From Acidobacteriota bacterium (GTDB lineage Bacteria; Acidobacteriota; UBA6911; RPQK01; JAJDTT01), in contig OZ253580.1 of assembly GCA_965263035.1 (NCBI GenBank), positions 2,112,001-2,176,000 of the forward strand: a stretch of DNA of 64,000 nt, in the 5' to 3' direction. Below, piece after piece: positions 25,893-38,264 of the stretch. Within the stretch, counting starts at the first letter, position 1. The number at the start of each line of letters is the position of its first letter. The notes under the pieces were generated by a model. The model ran no database searches. It was not told the origin of the DNA and saw only the letters and a program-made list of their open reading frames with translations. The position numbers and the translations under genes are program-made.

Positions 25893-28714
25893 AAAGTCCT
25901 GCTCCTGCGACCCGCCCCGCTCCGGTTCTGCTCGGCCTTGTCCTGGCCACGCTGGGTCTCGGCTCTTCCCTGCCGGGACAACCGGCCAGATTTTCCGAGC
26001 ACCTGATCCTCGACGGCTACACCTATGCCTTCGGCGTGGCTGCCGCGGACCTGGATGGCGACGGCGACGTGGACCTGACCAGCTCCGACGCCTTCGGACA
26101 CGATGCCCTCTACTGGCTGGAGAACGACGGTTCCGGAAACTTTCGGCGGCATTACATCAGTAGAGACGACCCCGAACGCCTGGAGCGCCATGTGGTGGGC
26201 GACGTCGACGGCGATGGCAACCTCGACGTCGTGGCGGTCAAGAACCTCCATGGCAACCTGCTTTGGTTACGAAACGGCGGGACCCCGCAGGACGGACGAC
26301 TGTGGCAACGTCTGGTCATCACCCGGGCCATGCCCTACGCCTACGACGTGGACCTCGCCGATCTGGACGGGGACGGAGATCTGGATGCGGCGGCTTCGGC
26401 CTGGAAGGGGAGCCACTTCTTCTGGTTCGAGAACCGGGGGTGGCCCGGAACCGGAGGCTGGCCGCGGCATCCCATCGAGGACGACCTGCGTGCACGGGAC
26501 AATGGCCCCGCCCAGACCCTGACCATTCGGGCGGCCGATTTCGACGGGGACGGGGACCCGGACCTGCTGGCCACCGTCCACGAGGCGGATCTGGTGGTCT
26601 GGTACGAGAACCTGGGAAGCCGCGGCCGCAGGAAGGTGTCCTGGAAGCGGCACACCGTGGACGCGGCGACGCCCTACCCGGCCCACGGGCAGCCGGTGGA
26701 CCTGGACGGCGACGGCGACCTGGACATTCTCATGGCCCTTGGGATGCACGCGGAGCCCGGCGACGCCAGAACCCATCAGATCGCCTGGTATGAGAACACG
26801 GGGGCACCGGCGGCGGGCGTCTGGCCCAAGCACGTGCTGGCCCAGGGTTTTCAGGACGCCTTCGAGGTTGTGGCCGGTGACCTGGACGGCGACGGCGACC
26901 CCGACGCCGCGGCCACCTCCTGGCGGTCCCCCGGCCGTGTCGCGTGGTTCGAAAACCCGGGCGTCCGAGGCCGGCTCTGGCGGACCCAAGTCCTGAAGGA
27001 GGATTGGCGCAGCGCCAATCAGGTGCTGCTGGCCGACCTGAACGGCGACGGGCGGCTCGACATCGTGGCCGGCGCCGAGCGGGGGAGCCAGGAACTGCGC
27101 TGGTGGCGAAACGAGGGTCCGGAGAATCCGGAATCGGAGGCGGCAGGCGGCGACCGGAAGAGAGAGGACCGGACCCGCCGGAGAGACGGCATCCCCGAGC
27201 CGCCGGCTTCAGGGCCGTTCCGGGATCTGGACGACGCGATCCTGGGGGACGCCGTCATCGTCCAAGGCAAAGAGCTGTTCATCGACGATCACATCATCCA
27301 GGAGCTCAGGGGCGCCCGCAAAGTCCTGAAGCGGGCCGTGAAACACCCCGACAATCCCCTGCTGGTTCCCGACCGGCCCTGGGAGACCCAGAAGCTCAAC
27401 CGCGGCGCGGTCCTCTACGACGAGCCGGAGGGGATCTTCAAGATGTGGTACCCCTACTTCATCAAGGAGGAGAAGACGGCGGACGGCTGGGAGATCGAAG
27501 GCGTGCTGGGCTACGCCACCTCCCGGGACGGGCTGGTCTGGGAAAAACCGATCATCAACACCCGTGACGGGAACAACCTCACCGACGCTCCCGTCCACGC
27601 CAATCCTCCGGCCGTCTTCAAGGATCCGGTGGACCCCGATCCCCGACGCCGCTACAAGATGATGTACGGTGACGTGGACCCCAAGGTCCGAAACGGGTGG
27701 GCCACCTTCGTCGCCTACTCGCCCGACGGCATCCGCTGGACGCCGGAGGCCTTGAATCCGGTCGTTCCCCACAGCGATACCATCTCTTCCACCCATTGGG
27801 ACGCGCGAGCGGGCAACTACGTGACCTACCTCCGCTTCGGGCCGCCCAACATCCGACTCATCGCCAGAACCCAGAGCGAGGACTTCGTCCACTGGTCGCC
27901 GAAGCTCACCGTGATCCGCCGGTCCAAGATGGACGAACCGTCGGCAACCCAACACTACGGAATGAAGATCATGCCCTACGCAGGGGTCTACATCGGATTT
28001 CTGGAGGCCTACCACGGCCAGACCAATGAACCGATCCCGGCGAACAAGTTGTGGATGGACAAGGCCGACACCCAGTTGACCTTCAGCCGCAACGGCCTCA
28101 CCTGGACCCGGGTCGGCCCCCAGGGCGCCATCCCGCATAACCAGCTGGAACAGGGAGGGCGCGACTGGGGGAGGATCGCCCGGGAAGCCACCGTCCTCCC
28201 CTACGGCGAGCATGGGCAGGACTGGGACTGGGGCAGCGTCTACGCGTTTCAACCTCCCCTCGTGATCGGCGACGAGATCTGGATCTACTACCTGGGAAGC
28301 ACCACCCGCCACGGGGGCGTCCGGCACCACGGCGACTCGGAGTCGAGCGGGGTCGGCTTGGCCAGGTTGCGGTTGGACGGTTTCGTCGCCGTCGAGGCCG
28401 CGGACAGGGGAACCCTCACCACCAGGCCCCTCGTCTTCATCGGCGACGAGCTGGAGGTGAACGCCGACGCCGAAGGCGGGACGATCCGGGTGGAAGTCCT
28501 GGGTCCCGACGGAAGGGTCATCGAGGGATTCGGCCGGATGGACTGCAAGCCCCTCACGAGCGACAGCGTCCGGCACGTCCTGGAGTGGAACGGGAATCGG
28601 GACTGCCACCTGATCCAGGGCCGGCCCATCCGATTGCGATTCCACCTCAAGAGGGCGGAACTGTACTCGTTTACGCCCAGGATCCGGCATATTCGGTACC
28701 TGCCGACGCGCTGA
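25889..28714 (+). CDS. Fusion of FG-GAP repeat propeller and glycoside-hydrolase-like beta-propeller (paralogue 4)
   Basis: N-terminal half closely resembles the upstream FG-GAP gene; C-terminal half has ELFIDD, DRPWE, YATSRDGLVW, LRLDGFV and RLRFHL..AELYSF. Confidence 0.87.
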   Translation: MKSPAPATRPAPVLLGLVLATLGLGSSLPGQPARFSEHLILDGYTYAFGVAAADLDGDGDVDLTSSDAFGHDALYWLENDGSGNFRRHYISRDDPERLERHVVGDVDGDGNLDVVAVKNLHGNLLWLRNGGTPQDGRLWQRLVITRAMPYAYDVDLADLDGDGDLDAAASAWKGSHFFWFENRGWPGTGGWPRHPIEDDLRARDNGPAQTLTIRAADFDGDGDPDLLATVHEADLVVWYENLGSRGRRKVSWKRHTVDAATPYPAHGQPVDLDGDGDLDILMALGMHAEPGDARTHQIAWYENTGAPAAGVWPKHVLAQGFQDAFEVVAGDLDGDGDPDAAATSWRSPGRVAWFENPGVRGRLWRTQVLKEDWRSANQVLLADLNGDGRLDIVAGAERGSQELRWWRNEGPENPESEAAGGDRKREDRTRRRDGIPEPPASGPFRDLDDAILGDAVIVQGKELFIDDHIIQELRGARKVLKRAVKHPDNPLLVPDRPWETQKLNRGAVLYDEPEGIFKMWYPYFIKEEKTADGWEIEGVLGYATSRDGLVWEKPIINTRDGNNLTDAPVHANPPAVFKDPVDPDPRRRYKMMYGDVDPKVRNGWATFVAYSPDGIRWTPEALNPVVPHSDTISSTHWDARAGNYVTYLRFGPPNIRLIARTQSEDFVHWSPKLTVIRRSKMDEPSATQHYGMKIMPYAGVYIGFLEAYHGQTNEPIPANKLWMDKADTQLTFSRNGLTWTRVGPQGAIPHNQLEQGGRDWGRIAREATVLPYGEHGQDWDWGSVYAFQPPLVIGDEIWIYYLGSTTRHGGVRHHGDSESSGVGLARLRLDGFVAVEAADRGTLTTRPLVFIGDELEVNADAEGGTIRVEVLGPDGRVIEGFGRMDCKPLTSDSVRHVLEWNGNRDCHLIQGRPIRLRFHLKRAELYSFTPRIRHIRYLPTR

Positions 28715-28765
28715 AATGATCCGCAACTTGAGACGACTTTCGCAAATCGGAGACGGGTAGAGATC

Positions 28766-29563
28766 ATGAATCTGGAAAAAGCGCTAATACACTTGAAGTT
28801 GGACGGATGGTGCGTTCTGCAAGGGATCATTCCTCCGTCCCAGGTCGGAGACATCCGCCGGAGCGTCCGATCGGCGGTCGAGTCCAGTGGGGGCTCGGCC
28901 AGGATTCAGGGCGTGGGCGCCCGGACGGGGCTGCTGGCGTTCGATCAGTCCTTCAGCCCCTATCTCGCCGACCGCCGAATGTTGGATATCGCCGAAGCTC
29001 TTCTGGGGAAGCCGGTTCGGATCTCCTTCACCACGGCCATCATCAACTATCCGGGGAACGAGCGGGGACGCTGGCACGCCGACTGGCCCTTCAATCAGAA
29101 CAGCGCAGGACACATCCCCGCGCCCTACCCGGACATGGTCGCCCACCTGACCACCATCTGGATGTTGTCGTCCTTTTCGTCCGCGACGGGGGGCACTCTG
29201 GTCGTGCCCGGGAGCCACCGGTCCTCCAACAACCCCACCGGTGACAACGGCGTCGATCCCTCGCGCCCGTATCCCACCGAGATACACGCCGCCGGACGGG
29301 CCGGTAGCGTGCTGATCTTCGACAGCCGGCTCTGGCACTCGACGGCTCCCAATCGGAGCGACCGGCCCAGGGTGGGAATGGCGGTCCGCTATGCCCCCTG
29401 GTGGCTCAATCTGGACATCCTGAGGCCGGGCTCGATCGAGCGCATCCAAATGGTGGACGAGCCCGGGCGGGACGAAAACGAACAGGTCCCGGTTCCGGCC
29501 TCGGTCTTCGCCTCTCTGCCGGAGCAGGTCAAGCCGCTCTACCGGCACTGGGTGAGCGACTAG
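28766..29563 (+). CDS. Phytanoyl-CoA dioxygenase (PhyH)-family 2OG-Fe(II) oxygenase
   Basis: LDGWCVL, WHAD, GGTLVVPGSH and AGSVLIFDSRLWH..NRS..PR. Confidence 0.92.
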   Translation: MNLEKALIHLKLDGWCVLQGIIPPSQVGDIRRSVRSAVESSGGSARIQGVGARTGLLAFDQSFSPYLADRRMLDIAEALLGKPVRISFTTAIINYPGNERGRWHADWPFNQNSAGHIPAPYPDMVAHLTTIWMLSSFSSATGGTLVVPGSHRSSNNPTGDNGVDPSRPYPTEIHAAGRAGSVLIFDSRLWHSTAPNRSDRPRVGMAVRYAPWWLNLDILRPGSIERIQMVDEPGRDENEQVPVPASVFASLPEQVKPLYRHWVSD

Positions 29564-29589
29564 CAGGGGCGCCCCCTTGTGGGCGGCCT
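29563..29589 (+). repeat. REP-like hairpin (AGGGGCGCCCCCTTGTGGGCGGCCT)
   Basis: Inverted relative of AGGCACCCACAAGGGGTACCCCTAC at 33174-33198. Confidence 0.55.
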
Positions 29590-29741
29590 CCTTCGTCCTC
29601 TGAGGAAGGATAACTTTCCAGCCGCCCTTCCCCTCCTGCCAAATTGCAGCCTCGGGAGTTCGAGGGCTGGAAAGCCGCCGCTTCCAGGCAGCCTGATCCT
29701 TGACGCCAAGCGTCTGTCATCGGATATGATGCCGGCACCTC

Positions 29742-31373
29742 ATGCGGCGCCTGCCCTGGTTCCTGGTAATCCTGACCGCACTCCTGGCGTGCGCTCCGCC
29801 CGCCGCCGAACGGCCCAACATCGTCTGGATCGTTTCCGAGGATCAGTCGGACCACTACGGACCCTACGGAGAGACTCTGGCCAAGACCCCGAACATCGAC
29901 CGGATGGCAGCGGAGGGAGCCGTGTTCACGCGGGCGTTCGTCACGGCTCCGGTCTGTTCGCCGTCGCGCTCGGCCCTGATCACCGGGATGTACCAGACGA
30001 CGATCGGAGCGCACAACCATCGAAGCGGCCGGGGAGTTGTGAAGATCCTACTTCCCGGCGAGGTGGCGCCCGTCCCCGCGCTTCTGCGCCAAGCGGGCTA
30101 TTTCGTGTCCAACGGCGATTTCAGGGACCCGGGCGAGCCGGTCGAGGGCAAGACCGACTACAACTTCCAGTTCGACCAGGACCTCTACCAGCCCGTGGCA
30201 AAAGTCATCACGGCATTCGACCGTCCCTGCATCCCGGCGGACGGCGTTGCGATTCGGGCACATACTCCCGGTATGCACCCGAATCGCGCCTTGTCCGGCG
30301 GGCGCAGGAACGGTCTCGGTGCTCGCGGGACTTTCACCACGGACTGCTACGACGGCGCCGACTGGGCCGGACGCGCCGGGGGACAGCCGTTCTTCGCCCA
30401 AGTCCAGCTGCGGGGCGGAAAGCGGCGAAACCAGCGGACGCCGGCCCCCCTCGAGGGGGTCCGGACCAACGGCGTCTCCCCCGAGACCGTCGAGTTGCCC
30501 CCCTACTATCCCGACCATCCGGCGCTGCGCACGGACTGGGCCCAATACCTGGAGTCCATCGAGCACGTCGACTGGGAGGTGGGCCGGATCCTGGAGCGCC
30601 TCCAGCGGGAGGACGTTGCCGGGAACACCGTGGTGTTCTTCCTGACGGACCATGGCGTGAGCCATGCCCGCGGCAAGCAGTTCCTCACCGAGGAAGGGAT
30701 CAAGATTCCACTTATCGTGCGGGCTCCGGGCCGGATCGGTCCCGGCACGGTCCGCCGGGACCTGGTCGCCCACATCGACGTGGCGGCTTCCACGCTGGCC
30801 TTCGCCGGCATCCGGATCCCGGCGTGGATGGAAGGACGCCCCCTCTTCGGACCGGACGCCGAGCCCCGCGACTACGTGGTGTCGGCCCGAGACCGCTGCG
30901 ACGAAACGGTCGACCGCATCCGTAGCGTGCGCACCGAGCGCTATAAATACATCCGCAATTTCGTGCCGGAGCGCCCGCACCTGCAGCCGAACCGCTACAA
31001 GGACGGCAAGGCCGTCATCCGGGCGTTGCGGGAGATGGAGGCCGGGGGCTCGCTGTCGCCGGAGGGGGCGGCGATGTTCTTCCAGCCCCGCCCCGAGGAA
31101 GAGCTCTATGATCTCGAGTCGGATCCCCGGGAGCTGCGAAACCTGGCCGGGGAAGAAGAGCATGGGACGACGCTCGCTTCGATGCGGACAACCCTGGCGA
31201 GCTGGATCGAAGAAACCGGGGACCGGGGACAGGTGTTCGAGACCCCCGAGGAATTCGATTCCGACATGGCCGTCTATCTTGGGGGCCGGGCCGGACCTCA
31301 GCAGGAGATCCTGAAACGCAATATCGCCGGCGTGGAGGCGTGGCGGAAAACCCGTACGGACGCCGACCCCTGA
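29742..31373 (+). CDS. Sulfatase (lipoprotein) containing an in-frame 54-aa MITE-derived insertion
   Basis: LLAC lipobox; RPNIVWIVSED; CSPSRSALITG; GKTDYNF; DHG; EELYDLESDP. Confidence 0.93.
   Translation: MRRLPWFLVILTALLACAPPAAERPNIVWIVSEDQSDHYGPYGETLAKTPNIDRMAAEGAVFTRAFVTAPVCSPSRSALITGMYQTTIGAHNHRSGRGVVKILLPGEVAPVPALLRQAGYFVSNGDFRDPGEPVEGKTDYNFQFDQDLYQPVAKVITAFDRPCIPADGVAIRAHTPGMHPNRALSGGRRNGLGARGTFTTDCYDGADWAGRAGGQPFFAQVQLRGGKRRNQRTPAPLEGVRTNGVSPETVELPPYYPDHPALRTDWAQYLESIEHVDWEVGRILERLQREDVAGNTVVFFLTDHGVSHARGKQFLTEEGIKIPLIVRAPGRIGPGTVRRDLVAHIDVAASTLAFAGIRIPAWMEGRPLFGPDAEPRDYVVSARDRCDETVDRIRSVRTERYKYIRNFVPERPHLQPNRYKDGKAVIRALREMEAGGSLSPEGAAMFFQPRPEEELYDLESDPRELRNLAGEEEHGTTLASMRTTLASWIEETGDRGQVFETPEEFDSDMAVYLGGRAGPQQEILKRNIAGVEAWRKTRTDADP
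30189..30346 (+). mobile_element. 158-bp palindromic MITE family A, copy 2 (intragenic, in-frame)
   Basis: Same TIRs as copy 1; CTAC duplicated at 30185-30188 and 30347-30350; 158+4 = 162 nt. Confidence 0.9.
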
Positions 31374-31520
31374 CCGCAGGGCAAACCGTTCGGACCCCGG
31401 CTCCGCATTCCTCACCGGGGCGCCATGCAAGCTGAAGAAAAATAGTATCCTCAGTCCCTTACGGATGATTAGCCGAAGCGCTTCAAACCTGCTCCCCGCC
31501 CAGGGAGGCGGGTCAGAGGA

Positions 31521-33164
31521 ATGAAGGGTCCGCGCCACCTTCCGCTGTGGTTGGTGCCGGCGGCGACCCTGTCCCTGGCTCAAGCCCGAGGCGGCGCCCA
31601 AGCCGCGGCCGCAACGGCGGCGTACGCCGAGAGCAGCGGACTCCACTGGATCGACGGAGTCATCATCGCCGCCTATGCCTTGGGCATGATCGCCCTGGGC
31701 TGGTACTACCGGAAACGCCAGAAGAACCTGGACGAGTACTTCGTGGGCAACCGGACCATGAACCCGGGGCTCATCGGAGTCTCCATGTTCGTGACCCTGT
31801 TCAGCACCATCTCCTTCCTGGCGACTCCCGGCGAAGTCTACGGAAAGGGGCCCGTCATCCTGACCTCGTCCCTCTCGATCCCCTTCTACTACCTCATCGT
31901 CGGCTATCTGATCGTCCCGGCCTACATGCGCTTTCGGGTGATCAGCGCTTATGAACTGCTGGAACAGAAAAGGGGCTTGAGCGTTCGCATGCTGGGAGCC
32001 GTCCTGTTCATCATGCTCCGGCTGACCTGGATGTCGCTGCTCATCCACCTGAGCGCGCAAGCCATGCTGCTGATGCTGGGTCTGGAGCAGGACCAGCTTC
32101 CCTATGTCGCGCTGGTGATCGGGGCCGTGGCCATCACCTATGCGTCCTTCGGCGGTCTGAGGGCCGTCGTCATCACCGATTTCGTGCAGTTCTGCCTGTT
32201 GTGCGGCGGAGCGCTGCTGGTCGTGATCACGGTGACGATTCGACTCGGCGGATTCGGTTGGTTTCCGACCGAGTGGAGCCCCACCTGGGAAACTCAACCC
32301 CTCTTCAGCCTGGATCCCAACGTCCGGGTCACGGCGTTCTGGTCGATTGTGTCAGGAACCCTCTGGTGGGTCTGCACCGCCGGGGGCGATCAGACGGCGG
32401 TACAGCGCTTCATGGCCACTCGGGACGTGAGGGCGGCACGGCGTTCCTTTCTGCTGAACTCGGCGGCCGGTCTCCTGGTGAGCCTGATTCTGGCCCTGGT
32501 AGCTTTCTCCCTGATGGGTTTCTTCGAGGCGCGTCCGGAGCTTCTCCCCCCGGGCATCGGGGCCGATCGCGTCTTCCCTCACTACATCGTTCACCACCTC
32601 CCCATTGGCATTTCGGGGCTGGTCGTCTCCGGCTTGTTCGCCGCGGCCATGTCCAGCGTCGACTCCGGTGTCAACTCTCTCAGCGCGGTGATCGTGACCG
32701 ACTTCGTCGGGCGGTTTCGGCGGCGTGCCCTGAGCGAAATCGGCCGAGTCCGCCTCTCGCAGGCACTGGCTCTCGCCATCGGATTGATCGTGGTCTTAGG
32801 CTCCTCTTTTCTGGTCGGGAACGTGCCGGGGAACTTCTTGGAAATAGCGCAACGAACCCTTCATCTGTACGTCGGTGCCATCTTTCTGCTCTTCTTCCTT
32901 TCGTTGTTCGTTCCCTTTTCGACCTCGCTGGGAGTCATTGCCGGGTCGCTGTCGGCCCTTTTGAGTGCTGCCTCGGTGGCTTACTGGGGGCCGCTCAACC
33001 AGATGTTCCTGGACCTGGGCTGGGTTCCGCTGTCGGAACGGACGGGAATCGTGGATTTCAGCTTCCAGTGGATCCTGCCGGTATCGCTCTCCATAGGATT
33101 GGCTGCCGGCTGCCTGGTCAGCTTGATCCACCGCCGCTTCCGATCCTGCAACCGAACGAATTAG
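31521..33164 (+). CDS. Sodium:solute symporter (SSS family)
   Basis: DEYFVGNR, STISFLATPG, SAYELLE, GGLRAVVITD..Q, DQTAVQRF and FAAAMSSVDS; multiple TM helices. Confidence 0.95.
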   Translation: MKGPRHLPLWLVPAATLSLAQARGGAQAAAATAAYAESSGLHWIDGVIIAAYALGMIALGWYYRKRQKNLDEYFVGNRTMNPGLIGVSMFVTLFSTISFLATPGEVYGKGPVILTSSLSIPFYYLIVGYLIVPAYMRFRVISAYELLEQKRGLSVRMLGAVLFIMLRLTWMSLLIHLSAQAMLLMLGLEQDQLPYVALVIGAVAITYASFGGLRAVVITDFVQFCLLCGGALLVVITVTIRLGGFGWFPTEWSPTWETQPLFSLDPNVRVTAFWSIVSGTLWWVCTAGGDQTAVQRFMATRDVRAARRSFLLNSAAGLLVSLILALVAFSLMGFFEARPELLPPGIGADRVFPHYIVHHLPIGISGLVVSGLFAAAMSSVDSGVNSLSAVIVTDFVGRFRRRALSEIGRVRLSQALALAIGLIVVLGSSFLVGNVPGNFLEIAQRTLHLYVGAIFLLFFLSLFVPFSTSLGVIAGSLSALLSAASVAYWGPLNQMFLDLGWVPLSERTGIVDFSFQWILPVSLSIGLAAGCLVSLIHRRFRSCNRTN

Positions 33165-33173
33165 GAGTCAAAG

Positions 33174-33198
33174 AGGCACCCACAAGGGGTACCCCTAC
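33174..33198 (-). repeat. REP-like hairpin (GTAGGGGTACCCCTTGTGGGTGCCT), possible terminator role
   Basis: AGGGGTACCCCT palindrome just after the symporter stop. Confidence 0.55.
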
Positions 33199-33259
33199 AC
33201 CGCACTCCTATTTCTGCCTGTGCTAACCTCTGGGTTGTTCAAGCGCAGAAAGGGGAACG

Positions 33260-33973
33260 GTGGTTCGAAAAAGAGTCGTTCTGACGCTGTCGGGCGGGAT
33301 GGACTCCACCACCCTTCTGTATCAGCTTCTCTCCCAGGGACACCACGTCCAGGCACTGGGCATCGACTACGGACAACGTCACCTCAAGGAACTGGACGCC
33401 GCCGCCAGGATCTGCGCTCAGGCGGAGGTCCCCTTCAAGAGCGCCGACCTTTCCGCGGTCGTGGGATTCCTGGCGGGGAGCGCCCTCACCAGCCCGGACG
33501 TCGAGATCCCATCGGGCGAGTACGACCCGGAGAGCATGAAGGTCACCGTGGTCCCCAACCGCAACATGCTGATATTGGCCGTGGCCCTGGCCTGGGCCAT
33601 CTCTTCCGAATGCGACACGGTCGCCTACGCCGCCCATGCGGGGGATCACGAGGTCTATCCGGACTGCCGGCCCGAATTCGTCCAGGCTCTGGCCAAGACT
33701 GCCGGCCTTTGCCACTACGAGCCCATCCAACTGCTGGCGCCGTTTCTGCACCTGGGCAAGACCGACATCGTCCGTTTGGGCAGCCGCCTGGGGGTACCCT
33801 ACGATCTGACTTGGAGCTGCTACCGGGGAGAAGAGCTCCACTGCGGCAGTTGTGGGACCTGCAGGGAACGGGCCAACGCCTTCGCCCGGGCCGGGGTTTC
33901 GGACCCCACTGTCTACCAGAGACTGCCGGCCTCATTTCCGGCCGGCGCCCCGGGATCGGTCCAGGCCCGGTGA
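33260..33973 (+). CDS. queC: 7-cyano-7-deazaguanine synthase
   Basis: [28 protein letters not shown] and TWSCY...CGSCGTC. Confidence 0.96.
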   Translation: MVRKRVVLTLSGGMDSTTLLYQLLSQGHHVQALGIDYGQRHLKELDAAARICAQAEVPFKSADLSAVVGFLAGSALTSPDVEIPSGEYDPESMKVTVVPNRNMLILAVALAWAISSECDTVAYAAHAGDHEVYPDCRPEFVQALAKTAGLCHYEPIQLLAPFLHLGKTDIVRLGSRLGVPYDLTWSCYRGEELHCGSCGTCRERANAFARAGVSDPTVYQRLPASFPAGAPGSVQAR

Positions 33974-34016
33974 ACGGATCCGAACCGCAGGACGCAACCT
34001 TCCAGGGAGTTCCAAC

Positions 34017-36089
<2,073 letters not shown>

Positions 36090-36121
36090 CTCCGCCCAGA
36101 CCCGCGAACCGAGACTTGTCC

Positions 36122-36751
36122 TCAAATGCCTCCGAGCCGGGCTCGAAGCTTCTGCAACGCCCGGGCGCGATGGGAGATCCGGCTCTTCTGCTCGATGGTG
36201 AGCTGGGCGAAGGTCTGGTTCAAGGGCGGATAAAAGAAGACGGGGTCGTAGCCGAAGCCGTTGGTGCCCCGGGCCTCGGAAACGATCCGTCCCCAGACTT
36301 CACCCTGGACCTCGATTCGCTCCTCCGGCAGGGACAGGCACAACGCCGAGACGAAGCGAGCTCGCGGGCGAGAGTCGGGCCAGTCCGGATCGGCCTTCGC
36401 GATCAGCTTCAGCAGGGTCCGGATGCGCTCCCCGTCGGTGGGGGCCAGACGGGCGGAATGGACTCCGGGACGTCCGTCCAGCACCTCCACGGCCAGCCCG
36501 GAATCCTCCGAAAGAGTGGGAACTCCCGTGAGACGGGAGTAGTAGCGCGACTTCAGCAGTGCGTTCTCACGGAAGGTCCGGCCAGTCTCTTCCGGTTCCG
36601 GGATCCGGGGACGGTCCGGGAGCAGATCCACTTGCACCGGGAGTCCTCTCAAGGCGTGGAGGACCTCCGCCGCTTTTCCCTTATTTCGTGTTGCCAACAG
36701 GAATCGCAAAACGATTCGACGCAGGATCCGGTCGAAAGAGTCGGGAGGCAT
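36122..36751 (-). CDS. rdgB: Non-canonical purine NTP pyrophosphatase (RdgB/HAM1); start may be slightly downstream
   Basis: [40 protein letters not shown] and SHRARA. Confidence 0.95.
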   Translation of the reverse strand: MPPDSFDRILRRIVLRFLLATRNKGKAAEVLHALRGLPVQVDLLPDRPRIPEPEETGRTFRENALLKSRYYSRLTGVPTLSEDSGLAVEVLDGRPGVHSARLAPTDGERIRTLLKLIAKADPDWPDSRPRARFVSALCLSLPEERIEVQGEVWGRIVSEARGTNGFGYDPVFFYPPLNQTFAQLTIEQKSRISHRARALQKLRARLGGI

Positions 36752-37481
36752 CGTCCGTGGTCTGTTCCAACACGGTTCGCTGCCTGGAGATCAGCTGGCG
36801 GATTCCGCCGCGAGCCAATTCCAGGAGCCGATCCAACTGGTCCTGGCTGAACGGGTCTCCTTCGGCAGTCCCCTGGATCTCGACGTACTCGTCCTGGCCG
36901 GTCATGACGACGTTCATGTCCACTTCGGCGGCGAAATCTTCCCGATAGTTCAGGTCCAACACCGGTTCGTCTCCCACGATGCCCACGCTGACCGCAGCCA
37001 CGGGAGACAGGAGCACCGGCACTTGCAGAGTTCGCTCCACGCGCATTCGATTCAGCGCCAGAGCCAGGGCCAGGAAGGCGCCGGTGATGGAGGTGGTGCG
37101 GGTTCCACCGTCCGCTTGAAGAACGTCACAGTCCAACCAGATCGTCCGCTCACCCAGGAGCTGCAAGTCCACGACTGCCCGTAGCGACCGGCCGATCAGG
37201 CGCTGAATCTCCTGGCTCCTCCCCGAGATCTTGCCCTTGGAGACTTCGCGAATCATGCGAGTATTGGTGGACCTGGGGAGCATCCCGTACTCGGCGGTCA
37301 CCCAGCCCTGACCGGCTCCCCTCAGGAAGGGAGGGACTTTCTTCTCGACGCTTGCCGTGCAGATGACCCGAGTGTCTCCGCACTCCATCAGGACCGAGCC
37401 TTCCGCGTGCTTCGTGAAGCCGGTGGTGACCTTCACCGGCCTCAACTCGTCGGGGAGCCGCCCGTCATTCCTACGATTCAT
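36681..37481 (-). CDS. rph: Ribonuclease PH
   Basis: [44 protein letters not shown] and EIQGTAE. Confidence 0.97.
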   Translation of the reverse strand: MNRRNDGRLPDELRPVKVTTGFTKHAEGSVLMECGDTRVICTASVEKKVPPFLRGAGQGWVTAEYGMLPRSTNTRMIREVSKGKISGRSQEIQRLIGRSLRAVVDLQLLGERTIWLDCDVLQADGGTRTTSITGAFLALALALNRMRVERTLQVPVLLSPVAAVSVGIVGDEPVLDLNYREDFAAEVDMNVVMTGQDEYVEIQGTAEGDPFSQDQLDRLLELARGGIRQLISRQRTVLEQTTDDASRLFRPDPASNRFAIPVGNTK

Positions 37482-37521
37482 CGCTATTGTCCGCCTCTCC
37501 GTTCGGAAGGAGCAATACTAA

Positions 37522-37679
37522 CAGCCTGTGGCAAGAGTCGTCACGGCATTCGACCGTCCCCGCATCCCGGCGGACTGCGTTGCTATCGGCTCACATACTC
37601 CCGGTATGCTCCCTCATCGCGCCTGGTCCGGCGGGCGCAGGAACGGTTTCGGTGCTCGCGGGACTTTCGCCACGGACTG
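37522..37679 (+). mobile_element. 158-bp palindromic MITE family A, copy 3
   Basis: Highly similar to copies 1 and 2; flanks CTAA/TTAC; abuts the GerMN gene stop codon. Confidence 0.88.
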
Positions 37680-38264
37680 TTACAGGAAGGGTTTCCCTAT
37701 GGATACGTGACCGGAAAGTGTGAGCTCCTGTTTGCCGCCCACCAGGAACCGCACCTGATCGATCTCCTCCAGGTTCTCGACCAGTGATCGGGTGATGGAG
37801 TGGATGGCGCACAGTTCCATTCGGATGCCACCGGCCAAGCTTTCGGCCGTCTTCCGGCTGATGTCCACTACCGCCGTCTTGTCTTCCAGAACGAAGATCT
37901 GCCTGATCGTGGCGTCTTGCCGAAAAATCGCGGCGCCCTCTTCCTCAGGACCCTGGATCACTTCGTCCACGATCTGCCGAGCGTTGAACACCGGCTCTCC
38001 CGTCTGCAGGACGGTGCGCTCCTCGGACACGAGAAACCCTTCGCCGGGAGCCGTGGCGCCCGGCGCGCAGAAGAAGACCCGAACCTGCATTTCACCCGAG
38101 GAACTTCCGGAGGGGGAAGGCATGCGATCCGGCTCCGAGACCTGCGGGTCCTCCGATCCGACTCGCCGCTGCCGCTTCAACTCCTCCTCGGTGAGGTAGT
38201 ACCCGACTCCCAGAGCGATGATGATCAACAGGAACAGGGAGAGCGCGATCCGCAGCTCGTTCAT
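37680..38264 (-). CDS. GerMN-domain membrane-anchored protein
   Basis: N-terminal TM; LIQGP-like VIQGP, AVVD.S, SITRSL and V.FLVGG...TLSGHV. Confidence 0.85.
   Translation of the reverse strand: MNELRIALSLFLLIIIALGVGYYLTEEELKRQRRVGSEDPQVSEPDRMPSPSGSSSGEMQVRVFFCAPGATAPGEGFLVSEERTVLQTGEPVFNARQIVDEVIQGPEEEGAAIFRQDATIRQIFVLEDKTAVVDISRKTAESLAGGIRMELCAIHSITRSLVENLEEIDQVRFLVGGKQELTLSGHVSIGKPFL

Noticed and set aside
33165-33259. preQ1 riboswitch upstream of queC
   Set aside because: No preQ1 stem with A-rich tail; the visible hairpin is a REP-like palindrome
37482-37680. Loss of a gene (e.g. murI) between GerMN and rph at the MITE site
   Set aside because: No remnant visible, and gerM-rph-rdgB adjacency is a known arrangement
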